Assembly: GCA_963977015.1 (NCBI GenBank)
Contig: CAXBMO010000006.1
Coordinates: 96,001-160,000, forward strand
Length of the DNA: 64,000 bases
Direction of reading: 5' to 3'
From: an uncultured bacterium
Lineage (GTDB): Bacteria > Verrucomicrobiota > Verrucomicrobiia > Verrucomicrobiales > DEV007
Shown: piece by piece, positions 19,390 to 29,318 of the stretch
Layout: each line of letters starts with the position of its first letter
Position numbering within the stretch: position 1 is the first letter of the stretch
Made by a program: the position numbers and the translations under genes
The notes under the pieces: model-generated
What the model saw: only the letters and a program-made list of their open reading frames with translations
Database searches by the model: none
Told to the model about the DNA's origin: nothing

Positions 19390-20726
19390 AGTCGAACTCG
19401 CCAGAAATAGATGATCTCTTCTCCGCAGCCTGTGATGGGCGGGCGGATCAAGCGCAGATCGAGCGATTGCAGCGGGACCTCGCTCAGGATCCAGAGCTAC
19501 GGGACGAATTTCTCGCCTATGTGGACCTTCACGCGAGTTTGGCGGATGACTGCATTGGAGTGGACTCGGACGACGTGCTCGACTTTCCCGGTCCCGGAAA
19601 GTCCCAGCAGGGCCGCCAGGTCTTGATCGCCTCGATTGCGGGAATCGCCGCAGCCTTGGTTTTTGGGGTGATCTTTTGGGTTCTGACTCAGAGGGAAGCC
19701 GAGCCGAACTTCATCGCGGTGGTGACCAACGCTGAAGGAGCCCTTTGGGAGGGAGATGATGCGAGCGTAATGGTGGGATCGGCCTTGAAAGCTGGGCTGG
19801 TTGAGCTGTGCGAAGGTCGGGTTGAAATCGAGTTGGACAGTGGAGTTCACATCGCGATGGAAGGACCGTCGCGATTTGAATTGATCGATGAAACACGGGG
19901 CCGGCTTCATCAGGGCAAGCTTTCCGCGAACGTTCCGCCCGAGGGGATTGGATTTACGGTTGATACGCCAAACATGGCGGTCGTTGATTTGGGAACGGAG
20001 TTTGGCCTGAACGTGAACCAGAATGCTTCCGAGGTTCACGTGTTTAATGGCGAAGTTGAGGCGATCCTCAGCTCGGAACGGTCCATCGACCCGCTCAAGG
20101 AGCTGATCTCGACCAACGTCACCCGTCGGCTTGAGCGATCAGAAGGCCAACTCGAGACCGTAGCCTTCAACCCGGATCGCTTCACCAGACCTCCCGATTC
20201 CCTGCAGGGCGTTACCCGCGTGATGGGTGGAATCCGGGTTCTCCGAACGCAGCCGGAAACGGTCAGGAAGGGAACCTATCAGCACAACTACATCCTGCTT
20301 TTTCGGGAGCAGGCCCACATTGAGTTGGAAGATCCGCTCGAAGTGAGTTTAACGCGCCCGGGGCGCTACATCGTTGGGTTCGGCGAAGCAAACGGAAACG
20401 ATTTTCGCCATACCTTGAAAGTTGGCGAACGCATTGATTGCTACTTTTTGCACTTTGACACGGAAACGGAGGTCTCCACACGTTGCCGGGGTGCCATTCG
20501 CTTCGATCGGCAGATCGTCGCCGTGATCGCCGGAGGACGACAGATGGGAGCGACGGACGAGTTGCTTGGTGCCTGGTGCACGGCTTACGATCACCCCGAT
20601 ACACTTGATCGCGGTTTGGATAACGATGAAGTGGTGATCAGCGGCGATCGGCGAACCCTCACGCTCGATTGGGGAGTTGGTTCATCAGCCGATCAAATCC
20701 GCGTGCTCGTCGCGGCAGCCGATTGA
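19386..20726 (+). CDS. FecR-domain anti-sigma factor / sensor
   Basis: N-terminal helical domain, one TM, GFTVDTP..VVDLGTEFG..VHVFNGEV; ATGA overlap with sigma gene. Confidence 0.88.
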   Translation: MKSNSPEIDDLFSAACDGRADQAQIERLQRDLAQDPELRDEFLAYVDLHASLADDCIGVDSDDVLDFPGPGKSQQGRQVLIASIAGIAAALVFGVIFWVLTQREAEPNFIAVVTNAEGALWEGDDASVMVGSALKAGLVELCEGRVEIELDSGVHIAMEGPSRFELIDETRGRLHQGKLSANVPPEGIGFTVDTPNMAVVDLGTEFGLNVNQNASEVHVFNGEVEAILSSERSIDPLKELISTNVTRRLERSEGQLETVAFNPDRFTRPPDSLQGVTRVMGGIRVLRTQPETVRKGTYQHNYILLFREQAHIELEDPLEVSLTRPGRYIVGFGEANGNDFRHTLKVGERIDCYFLHFDTETEVSTRCRGAIRFDRQIVAVIAGGRQMGATDELLGAWCTAYDHPDTLDRGLDNDEVVISGDRRTLTLDWGVGSSADQIRVLVAAAD

Positions 20727-20744
20727 GCGGGGTTTGCCCGTTGC

Positions 20745-21860
20745 TCACGCCGGGATCTGCTGGGTGATGCAATGCACGCCGCCCCCACCTTTGGAAAGGA
20801 TCAAGCCGCTCACACCGATCACCTGGCGATCGGGAAACGCGTCGCGCAGAACTTCGAGCGCAGGTTCGTCAGCTTTCGGATTGTTCTCGGTCGGGACAAT
20901 CACGGCGCCGTTGCAGATGTAAAAATTCATGTGGGCGACGTGATCGGCGAGGGGCAGATCAATCACCTTGAGGCTTCTCCCGTTGGCGTCTTTGGATTTG
21001 AGAAGTCGTTGCTTCGCGTCAATGAGCCGTTTGTAGTTTGGGTCGCGACGGTCCTTGGTTTGATGGAGTAGGACCACGCCCGGTTTTGCGAAAGCGGCAA
21101 TCCCATCGACATGCCCATTGGTCACAGGATCGGGAGTCAGCCCCTTCGCAAGCCAGATGACGGTTTTGGCTCCCAGATAGTCTTTCAATTCCTGCTCGAC
21201 CTCCGCTTTCTTCATCCTGGGATTTCGATTGCGGTGCAAAAGGCATTCCTCAGTCGTGATCAGGGTTCCCTCGCCGTCCTGCAAAACTCCGCCTCCTTCC
21301 AAAACCAGCGAAGAAACATACATCTTGGATTGGAAGTGAGCGGCGAGCCTCGCTTTGAGAAGCGCGTCGTCGTGATAGGGCGGAAACTTGCCCCCCCAAC
21401 CATTAAAGGTGAAACCCGCGACTCGGCGTTCGTTACCCGGGCCTTTGAGGAACATCGGGCCGGAGTCGCGCGCCCAACCGTCGTTCACCGGTAGTTGGAT
21501 TTTCGTGATGGTGGAACTCAGCAACGTGTCGGCAATCGCCTTGTCCGGTGGATTGATCACCATCGTCAACGGCTCAAACTGGCTGATGGTATTGGCAACG
21601 GTGGCCCATTCCTTTCGGGCATCATCCAAACCATAGCCCTTCCAATTCTGGGCGGGCACGAAGACCATGATCGTCCCGCGATGGCGCTCCCATTCGCCCG
21701 GCATTCGAAACCCTCCCTGAAGTGGAGTCTCGCCATGAATCAACTCAGCGTCTGTGGCCGAGTAGTCCGGCGGAGACGGGGATTTGGCATGCAAAGGAGG
21801 CATGTCGGCCATCGACGCACTCGAACAGACTCCCAATTTAACGAAGCGACGACGGTACAT
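20745..21860 (-). CDS. Agmatine/peptidylarginine deiminase family protein with possible Tat signal
   Basis: RMPGEWE, WARDSGP, LEGGG..DGEGT, GHVDG, GGGGVHCITQQ; N-terminus MYRRRFVK. Confidence 0.9.
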   Translation of the reverse strand: MYRRRFVKLGVCSSASMADMPPLHAKSPSPPDYSATDAELIHGETPLQGGFRMPGEWERHRGTIMVFVPAQNWKGYGLDDARKEWATVANTISQFEPLTMVINPPDKAIADTLLSSTITKIQLPVNDGWARDSGPMFLKGPGNERRVAGFTFNGWGGKFPPYHDDALLKARLAAHFQSKMYVSSLVLEGGGVLQDGEGTLITTEECLLHRNRNPRMKKAEVEQELKDYLGAKTVIWLAKGLTPDPVTNGHVDGIAAFAKPGVVLLHQTKDRRDPNYKRLIDAKQRLLKSKDANGRSLKVIDLPLADHVAHMNFYICNGAVIVPTENNPKADEPALEVLRDAFPDRQVIGVSGLILSKGGGGVHCITQQIPA

Positions 21861-21923
21861 GGGCGGGTGAGGAACGTTGGGATGGGGAAAAGGCGAGGGG
21901 GGGGCGCGCCGATGATGAGAGAG

Positions 21924-21998
21924 TGGCGTCCCCGAGTGGAATCGAACCACTATCTAAAGTTTAGGAAACTCTTGTTCTATCCGTTGAACTACGGGGAC
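21924..21998 (-). tRNA. tRNA-Arg (anticodon CCT)
   Basis: Reverse complement GTCCCCGTAGTTCAACGGATAGAACAAGAGTTTCCTAAACTTTAGATAGTGGTTCGATTCCACTCGGGGACGCCA: cloverleaf, GTTCGA T-loop, CCA end. Confidence 0.95.
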
Positions 21999-22127
21999 TC
22001 ACGGATTGGCCGGAAAGTATCACTTGCTGGAGAGGAATTCAATCTTTCCTCAGTGGATCGATTCCTGTCTGGACAGTGCTTCCTGAGAACCAAGATCAGG
22101 AAAGCTTTGGAGCAAACGGCCTCTAAT

Positions 22128-22496
22128 CTAAAGCCCGAAAATCAAATCCAACAAATCTTCCAAGAGGCCACCGTCATCATCGTCGTCGTCCTCAGGTTCA
22201 CTTTCCCCTGAATCACTCTCCAAGGTTCCCAACAGACCACCAGGGTCCGTATCAAGGACGGTTTCCAGTTGGGAAGGAGTCAAGACAGAAAGGGTCATTG
22301 CCAACTTCTCCGCATAGTTCATGTATTGAGATGCGCTGCCGCCCGTGTCGGAAGCGATTGCTGCTGCGATCGTGGATACGGCCGCCTCGTTCTCACTGGC
22401 TGAAACCTGACCCATGGCACAGAGAAGCACGACAAGCCCAGCCAGAAAACTCCGGTGGGCTTGGGAAAGAGCTGCTGCTGGTTGGTGAAGGGTCAT
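22128..22496 (-). CDS. Small exported acidic hypothetical protein
   Basis: Hydrophobic signal LAGLVVLLCAMGQVSA; Asp/Glu-rich tail ending LLEDLLDLIFGL. Confidence 0.6.
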   Translation of the reverse strand: MTLHQPAAALSQAHRSFLAGLVVLLCAMGQVSASENEAAVSTIAAAIASDTGGSASQYMNYAEKLAMTLSVLTPSQLETVLDTDPGGLLGTLESDSGESEPEDDDDDDGGLLEDLLDLIFGL

Positions 22497-22563
22497 TGAG
22501 GAATGGAAAACGAAAATATGGGATTTGTTTTATTCTAGAATAACGGGAGCAAGAAGCAATTAT

Positions 22564-22586
22564 TTTGTTATAGAAATTATAACAAA
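22564..22586. promoter_or_regulatory. Palindromic operator-like site
   Basis: TTTGTTATA-GAAAT-TATAACAAA perfect 9-bp arms in an AT-rich gap. Confidence 0.45.
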
Positions 22587-22642
22587 TATAAACGCGGCGG
22601 GGAGAATCAGGTTTTCTCAACCATGTTGACTCCCGTTCTTGG

Positions 22643-23122
22643 CTACTGCCCTTCGGGCTTGTAGGCGAGGCGGAGTTCGGAGGCGCCGCTAAGAATCTCA
22701 AGATACTGGCTGGCAAACTCAATCTCCTCGTCAGAGAGCGTGGGAATACTGAAGACTTCTCCGGAAAGTGGCCCTTCTGTTACCGTAACTCCCTCACGCA
22801 GAAGTCTCACCGTTGCTTCTTTGCCGCCCAATGACGGTGGAAAAACATGAATGGAGCCCAGCACGGCGAGTGAGGCTGAAACGGAGGCAATGTTTTGGGC
22901 GTTCGTGCGATCTCGTGATTCGTTGGCAGAATCGTTGATCCGGCTGATCGTCGGTACTGCCACAGACGTCAGGATTCCGATGATCGCGACAACGACAAGA
23001 AGTTCAGTCAGGGAAAATCCACCGCGTACTTTCGAGAAACGACGAAAACCCAGCGTCGAATGCGAAGCGGCATCCTTTTCAGAAGGTTGTGTGGGAATTT
23101 GAACTGGGAATTTCAGTTGCAA
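22643..23122 (-). CDS. Type IV pilin / pseudopilin
   Basis: Prepilin cleavage motif RGG|FSLTELLVVVAIIGIL..VAVP; start codon uncertain. Confidence 0.85.
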   Translation of the reverse strand: MQLKFPVQIPTQPSEKDAASHSTLGFRRFSKVRGGFSLTELLVVVAIIGILTSVAVPTISRINDSANESRDRTNAQNIASVSASLAVLGSIHVFPPSLGGKEATVRLLREGVTVTEGPLSGEVFSIPTLSDEEIEFASQYLEILSGASELRLAYKPEGQ

Positions 23123-23315
23123 GGTGCTGGACTGAATTGGGCTATGACTTTTTGAATATCAATCGGATACGCGAACTTACCTAAGGTGTGCAAGAAATTC
23201 AACTTCTCGAAATTATTAATTATTTCAGAAGTTCTATGGTGAATTGCGAAGATTGGCGGGAGGCGAGCAAGCGCTGGTCGTCTGTTCGACCGTTTTAAAA
23301 GGGATGCTTGTACGC

Positions 23316-23348
23316 AAAAAAACGGCCTTCCCCGAAAGGAAGACCGTT
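23316..23348 (-). terminator. Intrinsic terminator after ilvC
   Basis: AACGGCCTTCC..GGAAGACCGTT hairpin with A-tract on + strand (U-tract on -). Confidence 0.75.
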
Positions 23349-23390
23349 CATTGTAAATTTAATGAAATTTATAACAAGCTGAAATTCAGC

Positions 23391-24419
23391 TTAGCTGTAG
23401 GAAGCTTGAGCGCCTTTCAAGTTGCGCTTCTTCACCCACGGCATGCGATCGCGAAGTCGCTTGCCAACTTTCTCGATATCGTGAGCTGCTCCTTCTTTGC
23501 GCAACGCATTGAAGTTCTGACAGCCGCTGTTGTATTCTTCCATCCATTCCTTGGCGAATTTGCCGGTCTGGATCGTCTTCAGCGCCTTCTCCATTTTCTT
23601 CTTCACGCTGGCATCGATGATCTTTGGACCAACGGTCACGTCGCCATACTCCGCCGTTTCGGAGATGGAGAAGCGCATTCCGCTGATTCCGGATTCGTTG
23701 ATCAAATCGACGATCAGCTTCATCTCGTGCAAACACTCGAAGTAAGCCATCTCAGGCTGGTAACCAGCTTCGACCAACACTTCGTAACCAGCCTTGATCA
23801 GGGCGCTGACGCCACCGCAAAGCACGGTCTGCTCACCAAACAAGTCAGTCTCGGTCTCTTCCTTGAAGTCCGTTTGGAAAACACCGGCGCGGGTTCCGCC
23901 GATTCCCTTGGCCCAGGCCAAAGCGATTTTCTTGGCGGACTTGTTCGCATCCTGATAAATGGCGATCAGGGTTGGAACCCCTTTGCCTTCGAGATACTGG
24001 CTGCGGACGGTGTGACCAGGTCCCTTGGGAGCAACCATGATCACGTTGATGTTTTCCGGTGGCTTGACGAAGCCAAAGTGAACTGCAAACCCGTGACTGA
24101 ACAAGAGCGTCTGGCCGTCTTTCAGATTCGGAGCAACGTCCTCCTCGAAGATTGCCGGGATCTTGGTGTCAGGGACAGCCATGAAGATGACGTCTGCTTT
24201 TTTGACTGCCTCGGCAGTGTCATAGACTTTGAATCCGAGCTCTTCGGCGACTGGAACCGACTTGCTCTTCGAATAGAGTCCGATGATGACCTTCAACCCG
24301 CTATCTTTTAGGTTAAGCGCGTGGGCGTGTCCTTGCGAACCAAAGCCGATAACCGCACAGGTTTTACCCTTGAGGTGCATGAGGTCGGCGTCTTTGTCCG
24401 TGTAGATCTTGGCTGGCAT
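23391..24419 (-). CDS. ilvC: Ketol-acid reductoisomerase
   Basis: [61 protein letters not shown]. Confidence 0.97.
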   Translation of the reverse strand: MPAKIYTDKDADLMHLKGKTCAVIGFGSQGHAHALNLKDSGLKVIIGLYSKSKSVPVAEELGFKVYDTAEAVKKADVIFMAVPDTKIPAIFEEDVAPNLKDGQTLLFSHGFAVHFGFVKPPENINVIMVAPKGPGHTVRSQYLEGKGVPTLIAIYQDANKSAKKIALAWAKGIGGTRAGVFQTDFKEETETDLFGEQTVLCGGVSALIKAGYEVLVEAGYQPEMAYFECLHEMKLIVDLINESGISGMRFSISETAEYGDVTVGPKIIDASVKKKMEKALKTIQTGKFAKEWMEEYNSGCQNFNALRKEGAAHDIEKVGKRLRDRMPWVKKRNLKGAQASYS

Positions 24420-24678
24420 GAGTATTGTTAGTTTGTGAGTTGGCCTCAGGAAAAAAAGGGCCTCACAGTTGATGCGAACACGATATTGGTCAACCGATAA
24501 GAAATTTTTCGGAGCGGAAGTGCAAAATAGTCGAAATCCACAGGGATTCACCAACGCACCATTTCAGGAGATTGCGAGGGAGTAGGTTGACATGTGAGGG
24601 TTTGAAACTTAACTCTTCCGAACTAACTCGGCCCTCCCCGGTCCCGTTTTTTCACCCTTCAATCCCTGACTTTCGCTT

Positions 24679-26634
24679 ATGCCCGCAACTCCCGACACCG
24701 GTTCTCCCATGAACATGATGTATGGAGACTGGTTTCTCGATTACGCCTCCTACGTCATTCTGGAACGTGCTGTTCCCCATTTGAACGATGGCCTGAAGCC
24801 GGTGCAGCGCCGGATTCTCCATTCGTTGCGTGAGAAAGACGATGGCCGGTTCCACAAGGTCGCGAACATTGTCGGCCACACGATGCAGTACCATCCTCAT
24901 GGTGATGCTTCGATCGGCGATGCCCTGACACAGCTTGGTCAGAAGAACCTCCTCATCGATACGCAGGGGAACTGGGGCAACATCCTCACCGGCGACAATG
25001 CGGCCGCTCCGCGTTACATCGAGTGTAAGCTTTCCAAGTTCGCGCTCGAGGTGGCCTTCAACGCGAAGACGACCACGTGGGCAGCTTCCTACGATGGACG
25101 GAACAAGGAGCCGGTTACGCTTCCGATGAAGTTCCCGCTGGTTTTGGCGCAGGGCGTCGAAGGGATCGCCGTTGGTCTTGCCTGCAAGATTTTGCCCCAC
25201 AACTTTATCGAGCTGATTGATGCTTCCATCGCCGCGCTCAAGAAGGAAGACTTTGAACTGTTTCCGGACTTTGCGCAGGGCGGGACGATGGACGTCTCCG
25301 AATACAACGACGGCCTTCGTGGCGGACGCGTTCGGGTGCGCGCCAAAATCGAGACCACGAAGAAGCGCTTGCTCACGATTCGAGAGATTCCGTTCGGCAC
25401 GACGACGACCAGTCTGATGGCCTCAATCGCGGACGCCAATTCCAAGGGCAAGATCGACATCATGAAGGTGGAGGATCTCACCTCCGACACGGTTGAGCTG
25501 CAGATTCATCTTCCTTCCGCGGCCGATCCCGATACGACGATCAAGGCACTCTACGCCTTCTCCGATTGTGAGGTTTCGATTTCCCCGAACTCCTGCATCA
25601 TCGAGGACAACAAGCCCAAGTTTCTCGGGGTTAAGGAGATCTTGCGCCGTAGCGCGTTCGAGACTCGCAGCCTGCTCAAACAGGAGTTGGAAATCACCCT
25701 GGGCGAGTTGGAAGACAAATGGCACTTCTCGTCTCTCGAAAAGATCTTCATCGAGAATCGCATCTATCGCCGGATTGAGGAGTGCGAAACCTGGGAAGCC
25801 GTGATCGACGAAATCTGGACCGGTTTGAAGCCGTTCCTGCACCTTCTGAAACGCGAAGTGGTCGAGGATGACATCATCCGGCTCACGGAAATCAGAATCA
25901 AGCGGATCTCCAAATACGACAGCTTCAAAGCCGACGAATACATTCGTGGGCTCGAAGATCGGATCGCCGAAACCAAGCGGCATCTCCGCAACCTCACGGC
26001 GTATGCCGTCTCCTGGTATGAGGGGCTCAAGGAGCGCTACGGCAATGGGCGCGAACGCAAGACCGAGCTGGGCAGCTTCTCCAAAGTCGTTGCCCGCAAA
26101 GTCGCCGTCGCCAACCTGACCCTTTTCATCAACCGCAAAGACGGCTTCGTCGGTTACGGGTTGAAGAAGGACGAGGAAATCGGACCCTGTTCCCAGATCG
26201 ACGACATCATCGCCTTCTCTCGCGATGGAACCATGCGCGTCGTTCGCAATGCGGAAAAAGTCTTCATCGGCCAGAACAACCTCCACTGCGCCGTTTTCCA
26301 CAGCGATGAGCCCACGATCTACAACATGATCTATCGCGATGGCCGGGATGGTCCGGTTTATGCCAAGCGCTTCCAGGTCTCCGGAATCACCCGCGAAAAA
26401 GTTTACGAGCTGACCAAGGGCAACCCCAACTCGCGCGTTCTCCACTTTTCCGTTCACGAGAACGAGGAAGCCTCGCAGGCGGTCAAGCTTCGGGTCTACC
26501 TCAAGCCCGCGCCGCGCCTTCGCGTTCTGGAACTCGACTTCGATTTTGCGGACATCGCCATCAAAGGTCGCCAGACCCAGGGCAACATCATCACCAAAAA
26601 CGGAGTCGATCGGGTCGTCCGAGCGCCGAAGTAG
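24679..26634 (+). CDS. Type IIA topoisomerase subunit A (ParC-like)
   Basis: DGLKPVQRRIL, YHPHGD, AAPRYIE catalytic Tyr; short CTD, no GyrA box seen. Confidence 0.92.
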   Translation: MPATPDTGSPMNMMYGDWFLDYASYVILERAVPHLNDGLKPVQRRILHSLREKDDGRFHKVANIVGHTMQYHPHGDASIGDALTQLGQKNLLIDTQGNWGNILTGDNAAAPRYIECKLSKFALEVAFNAKTTTWAASYDGRNKEPVTLPMKFPLVLAQGVEGIAVGLACKILPHNFIELIDASIAALKKEDFELFPDFAQGGTMDVSEYNDGLRGGRVRVRAKIETTKKRLLTIREIPFGTTTTSLMASIADANSKGKIDIMKVEDLTSDTVELQIHLPSAADPDTTIKALYAFSDCEVSISPNSCIIEDNKPKFLGVKEILRRSAFETRSLLKQELEITLGELEDKWHFSSLEKIFIENRIYRRIEECETWEAVIDEIWTGLKPFLHLLKREVVEDDIIRLTEIRIKRISKYDSFKADEYIRGLEDRIAETKRHLRNLTAYAVSWYEGLKERYGNGRERKTELGSFSKVVARKVAVANLTLFINRKDGFVGYGLKKDEEIGPCSQIDDIIAFSRDGTMRVVRNAEKVFIGQNNLHCAVFHSDEPTIYNMIYRDGRDGPVYAKRFQVSGITREKVYELTKGNPNSRVLHFSVHENEEASQAVKLRVYLKPAPRLRVLELDFDFADIAIKGRQTQGNIITKNGVDRVVRAPK

Positions 26635-26673
26635 GCTTGACGCAGACCTCACACTGCGCCCAAGTCGCCGGTC

Positions 26674-27474
26674 ATGCCAAACCCCGGGGATTCAGAATTT
26701 GCCGAATTTGTTCGCGACCACAGCGATTGGAATCCGGCATTCGCCATCGTCTTGGGATCGGGCTTGGGCGGTCTTGTCGATCGGTTCGAATTGCTTGAGG
26801 AAGTTCGCTATGATGACATTGATGGTCTTCACACGAGCCGGGTTCCCGGTCACTCGGGCCGATTCGTCCTCGTTCGCCATGGCGAAAGCCAGCTTCTCAT
26901 CGCGCAAGGGCGCGTTCATCTCTACGAAGGGTTGTCCGCCTATCAGGCCACAGCAATTGTCCGCGCAGTCGCCGCGTTAGGGGTCAAAGCGGTGATGCTG
27001 ACGAACGCCGCCGGTGCCATCAACCCGGACTTTCAGCTTCCCGGCTGGATGGGGATCACCGATCACATCAATTTTACGGGAACGTCGCCACTTGTCGGGC
27101 ATCCCAGTTTCGTCGACCTTTCCGAGGCTTACGATCGCGAGTTGTTGCAGAAAACCCGGCTCCTCGCCGACGAGCACAAGATCGCGTATGCCGAAGGTGT
27201 TTACGCTGGCGTGCTTGGTCCCCAGTACGAAACGCCGGCTGAGGTGCGGATGTTGCGCACGCTGGGCGCCGATGCGGTTGGGATGTCGACCGTATTGGAA
27301 GCGATCGAGGCGAGAGCCCAGGAAATGCGCGTGCTGGGACTCTCCTGCCTCACCAATTGGGGGGCTGGAATCTCGACCGAGAATCTCAGTCACGCCGATG
27401 TTGTGCAACGGGGCGACACGGCGGTGGATGATTTGGAGAGAATCGTGCGAAGCCTCGTCGAAAGCGTTTCATGA
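26674..27474 (+). CDS. Purine-nucleoside phosphorylase (trimeric type)
   Basis: IVLGSGLG, VPGH.G, QGRVHLYEG, TNAAG, GPQYETPAE, DAVGMST. Confidence 0.93.
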   Translation: MPNPGDSEFAEFVRDHSDWNPAFAIVLGSGLGGLVDRFELLEEVRYDDIDGLHTSRVPGHSGRFVLVRHGESQLLIAQGRVHLYEGLSAYQATAIVRAVAALGVKAVMLTNAAGAINPDFQLPGWMGITDHINFTGTSPLVGHPSFVDLSEAYDRELLQKTRLLADEHKIAYAEGVYAGVLGPQYETPAEVRMLRTLGADAVGMSTVLEAIEARAQEMRVLGLSCLTNWGAGISTENLSHADVVQRGDTAVDDLERIVRSLVESVS

Positions 27475-28278
27475 TGCCTTGACGATCTGCCGAACCGCTT
27501 CTCCCGCCGCGACCAAACCAAACGTCCCCGTAACGAAGGAGGCCGTTCCCAGTCCGGAATCGCAATTGAGCCGCGACTCGCTGCCGGGTTCGCTCGCTTC
27601 GCAAACCGTCCCGTCCGACCATGGAAACACTGCGTTTTCGCTCGAATACACCGCCGCGATCTCGAAGCTCACCGTCTCACTGGGCGAAAACCCGAATCCG
27701 CGCTTCAGCTCTCGTCGAACCGCGCGCAACAGCCGATCGTTCGTTGCGTCGCGCAAATCCGCAACCTTCACCGCGGTTGGATCGCTTTTTCCGCCCGCAC
27801 CGCCACACGTAACAACCGATCGCCCGCGTTCACGACATTTGGCGAGAAGCAGGCACTTGTGCTCCAGCGCATCGATCGCATCGATCACCACGTCGTAGTC
27901 TGGGGCCAGCAACGCGTCCGCATTCGTCGAGGTGAAGAACGCTTCCTCAGCAATCACCTCGCAATCCGGGTGAATCGTCGCCACGCGCTTCGCCATCACT
28001 GTGACCTTTGAGCGCCCAATTTCTCCGTCCAACGCGTGAAGCTGCCGATTCACGTTCGTGATGCAGATGTCATCCAAATCAATCATCGTAATCCGGCCGA
28101 TGCCGCTGCGCGCCAGCGCCTCGACCACCCAGGAACCAACGCCGCCGATTCCCGCGACACAAACGTGCGCATTCCGCAGTCTGGAAAGCGTGTCGCCTCC
28201 GTATAACCTGCCAAGTCCGCTAAAACGGTCCGTGTAATCGGTGTCTTCGCTTGCCTGTTGTTTGCGAGAATCTGTCAT
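27469..28278 (-). CDS. tcdA: tRNA threonylcarbamoyladenosine dehydratase
   Basis: GIGGVGSW.VEALARSG, DLDDICITNVNRQ, GGAGG..DPT, AVYSSE, VTGTFG. Confidence 0.93.
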   Translation of the reverse strand: MTDSRKQQASEDTDYTDRFSGLGRLYGGDTLSRLRNAHVCVAGIGGVGSWVVEALARSGIGRITMIDLDDICITNVNRQLHALDGEIGRSKVTVMAKRVATIHPDCEVIAEEAFFTSTNADALLAPDYDVVIDAIDALEHKCLLLAKCRERGRSVVTCGGAGGKSDPTAVKVADLRDATNDRLLRAVRRELKRGFGFSPSETVSFEIAAVYSSENAVFPWSDGTVCEASEPGSESRLNCDSGLGTASFVTGTFGLVAAGEAVRQIVKAS

Positions 28279-28339
28279 GCTCACATTTTGTTCGTTGTAA
28301 TTTAGAAGTAGTTTGGAATTTTTCGTCCTGACATGCCTT
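28258..28339. repeat. 82-bp direct repeat, copy 1
   Basis: TTGTTTGCGAGAATCTGTCATG...CTGACATGCCTT; 80/82 identical to 29319-29400. Confidence 0.92.
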
Positions 28340-28381
28340 GTAACCCGCGCCATGTGGCAAGGCGGGCTATAATCACGCGAG

Positions 28382-28410
28382 TAATGTCCTAATTTCAAAT
28401 TAGGGCATTA
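28382..28410. promoter_or_regulatory. 29-bp near-perfect palindrome (operator or recombination-site-like)
   Basis: TAATGTCCTAATTT-C-AAATTAGGGCATTA, 13/14 arm match. Confidence 0.55.
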
Positions 28411-28490
28411 GCGAAAGCGTGAGCACAAGACGTGTTCCTAACAGCACCAGATTAGGTTGTCAGGTTTTCGATCTTGGACGAGGTTAACCG

Positions 28491-28727
28491 ATGGCGGTGC
28501 CCAAAGACACACTCGAAGCCTTTTACCAAGCATGGTATGATACCAAGATGGATCCAACCAATCCGGAGGTGCGGGCAGACTATTTAGACGCGTTGGATGA
28601 ACTACAAGCCGCAATGGGCGGCGGATTCCAAGCGCACGAAATCAAGGAAGCGTTGGGCGAATCGTTCTCGACGTGGCAAAAGCATGAGCGACTACCGAAA
28701 CCGCCACGCAAACCAACGCAGGATTAG
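28491..28727 (+). CDS. Hypothetical protein (78 aa)
   Basis: GAGG SD-like motif before ATG; helical acidic body with basic Pro-rich tail. Confidence 0.65.
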   Translation: MAVPKDTLEAFYQAWYDTKMDPTNPEVRADYLDALDELQAAMGGGFQAHEIKEALGESFSTWQKHERLPKPPRKPTQD

Positions 28728-29161
28728 GCAAAAATGGCTTCCTGAACTTCGCGTTTCCGTTCAGCACTGACCGGCACTTTCAATCTCACCCAATCTTCTT
28801 CGAGCGAAGCAATTCCAGTGTCGAAGTGTTCGATCGAAATACCCAATTCTAGTTTGAAAAATTCTTGCTGGGCTGGTGCAACAAACTGGTTGTAAAGCTG
28901 ACGCAAGTCTCTTGCCAACGCGATGGCATTCATCGTGACTTCCTGCAACTCAAGGATTAGATCCTGCGGAATTTGGTCCGTTGAAAGGTCGCGATAGGCA
29001 ATTCCCCTCACGAGGTTCTGCCATGTTAGCGACGTATTCACATAGGTCGCAAGATTCCCCTCGTCGGTGAGGGATTTATTCATGTCGGCGAGCATCCACT
29101 GGGAATATCTCACCGCTTCTTCATCAGAAATCGGAGGAGAATGGTCGGTGATTTGGGTCAT
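28724..29161 (-). CDS. Hypothetical protein (~145 aa)
   Basis: MTQITDHSPPISDEEAVRYSQW...; helical; 3' end overlaps convergent ORF by 4 bp. Confidence 0.65.
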   Translation of the reverse strand: MTQITDHSPPISDEEAVRYSQWMLADMNKSLTDEGNLATYVNTSLTWQNLVRGIAYRDLSTDQIPQDLILELQEVTMNAIALARDLRQLYNQFVAPAQQEFFKLELGISIEHFDTGIASLEEDWVRLKVPVSAERKREVQEAIFA

Positions 29162-29318
29162 TTCACGTGAGGGGATGAAGGCTACGGAGGCGACGAATCT
29201 ACTGGGGCTACGTATTTCCTGTAGTCTACGGATCTGCACAGGGAATGCAAACAATCAAAAAACGAGGACAACACTGAATGCGAACAAAAGCGAAACCGTG
29301 AAGGTCGTCAGCGGGCGA

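Noticed and set aside
21924-21998. tRNA-Arg as an island integration site
   Set aside because: No integrase nearby and no duplicated tRNA 3' end spotted; the AT-rich genes lie on its 5' side.
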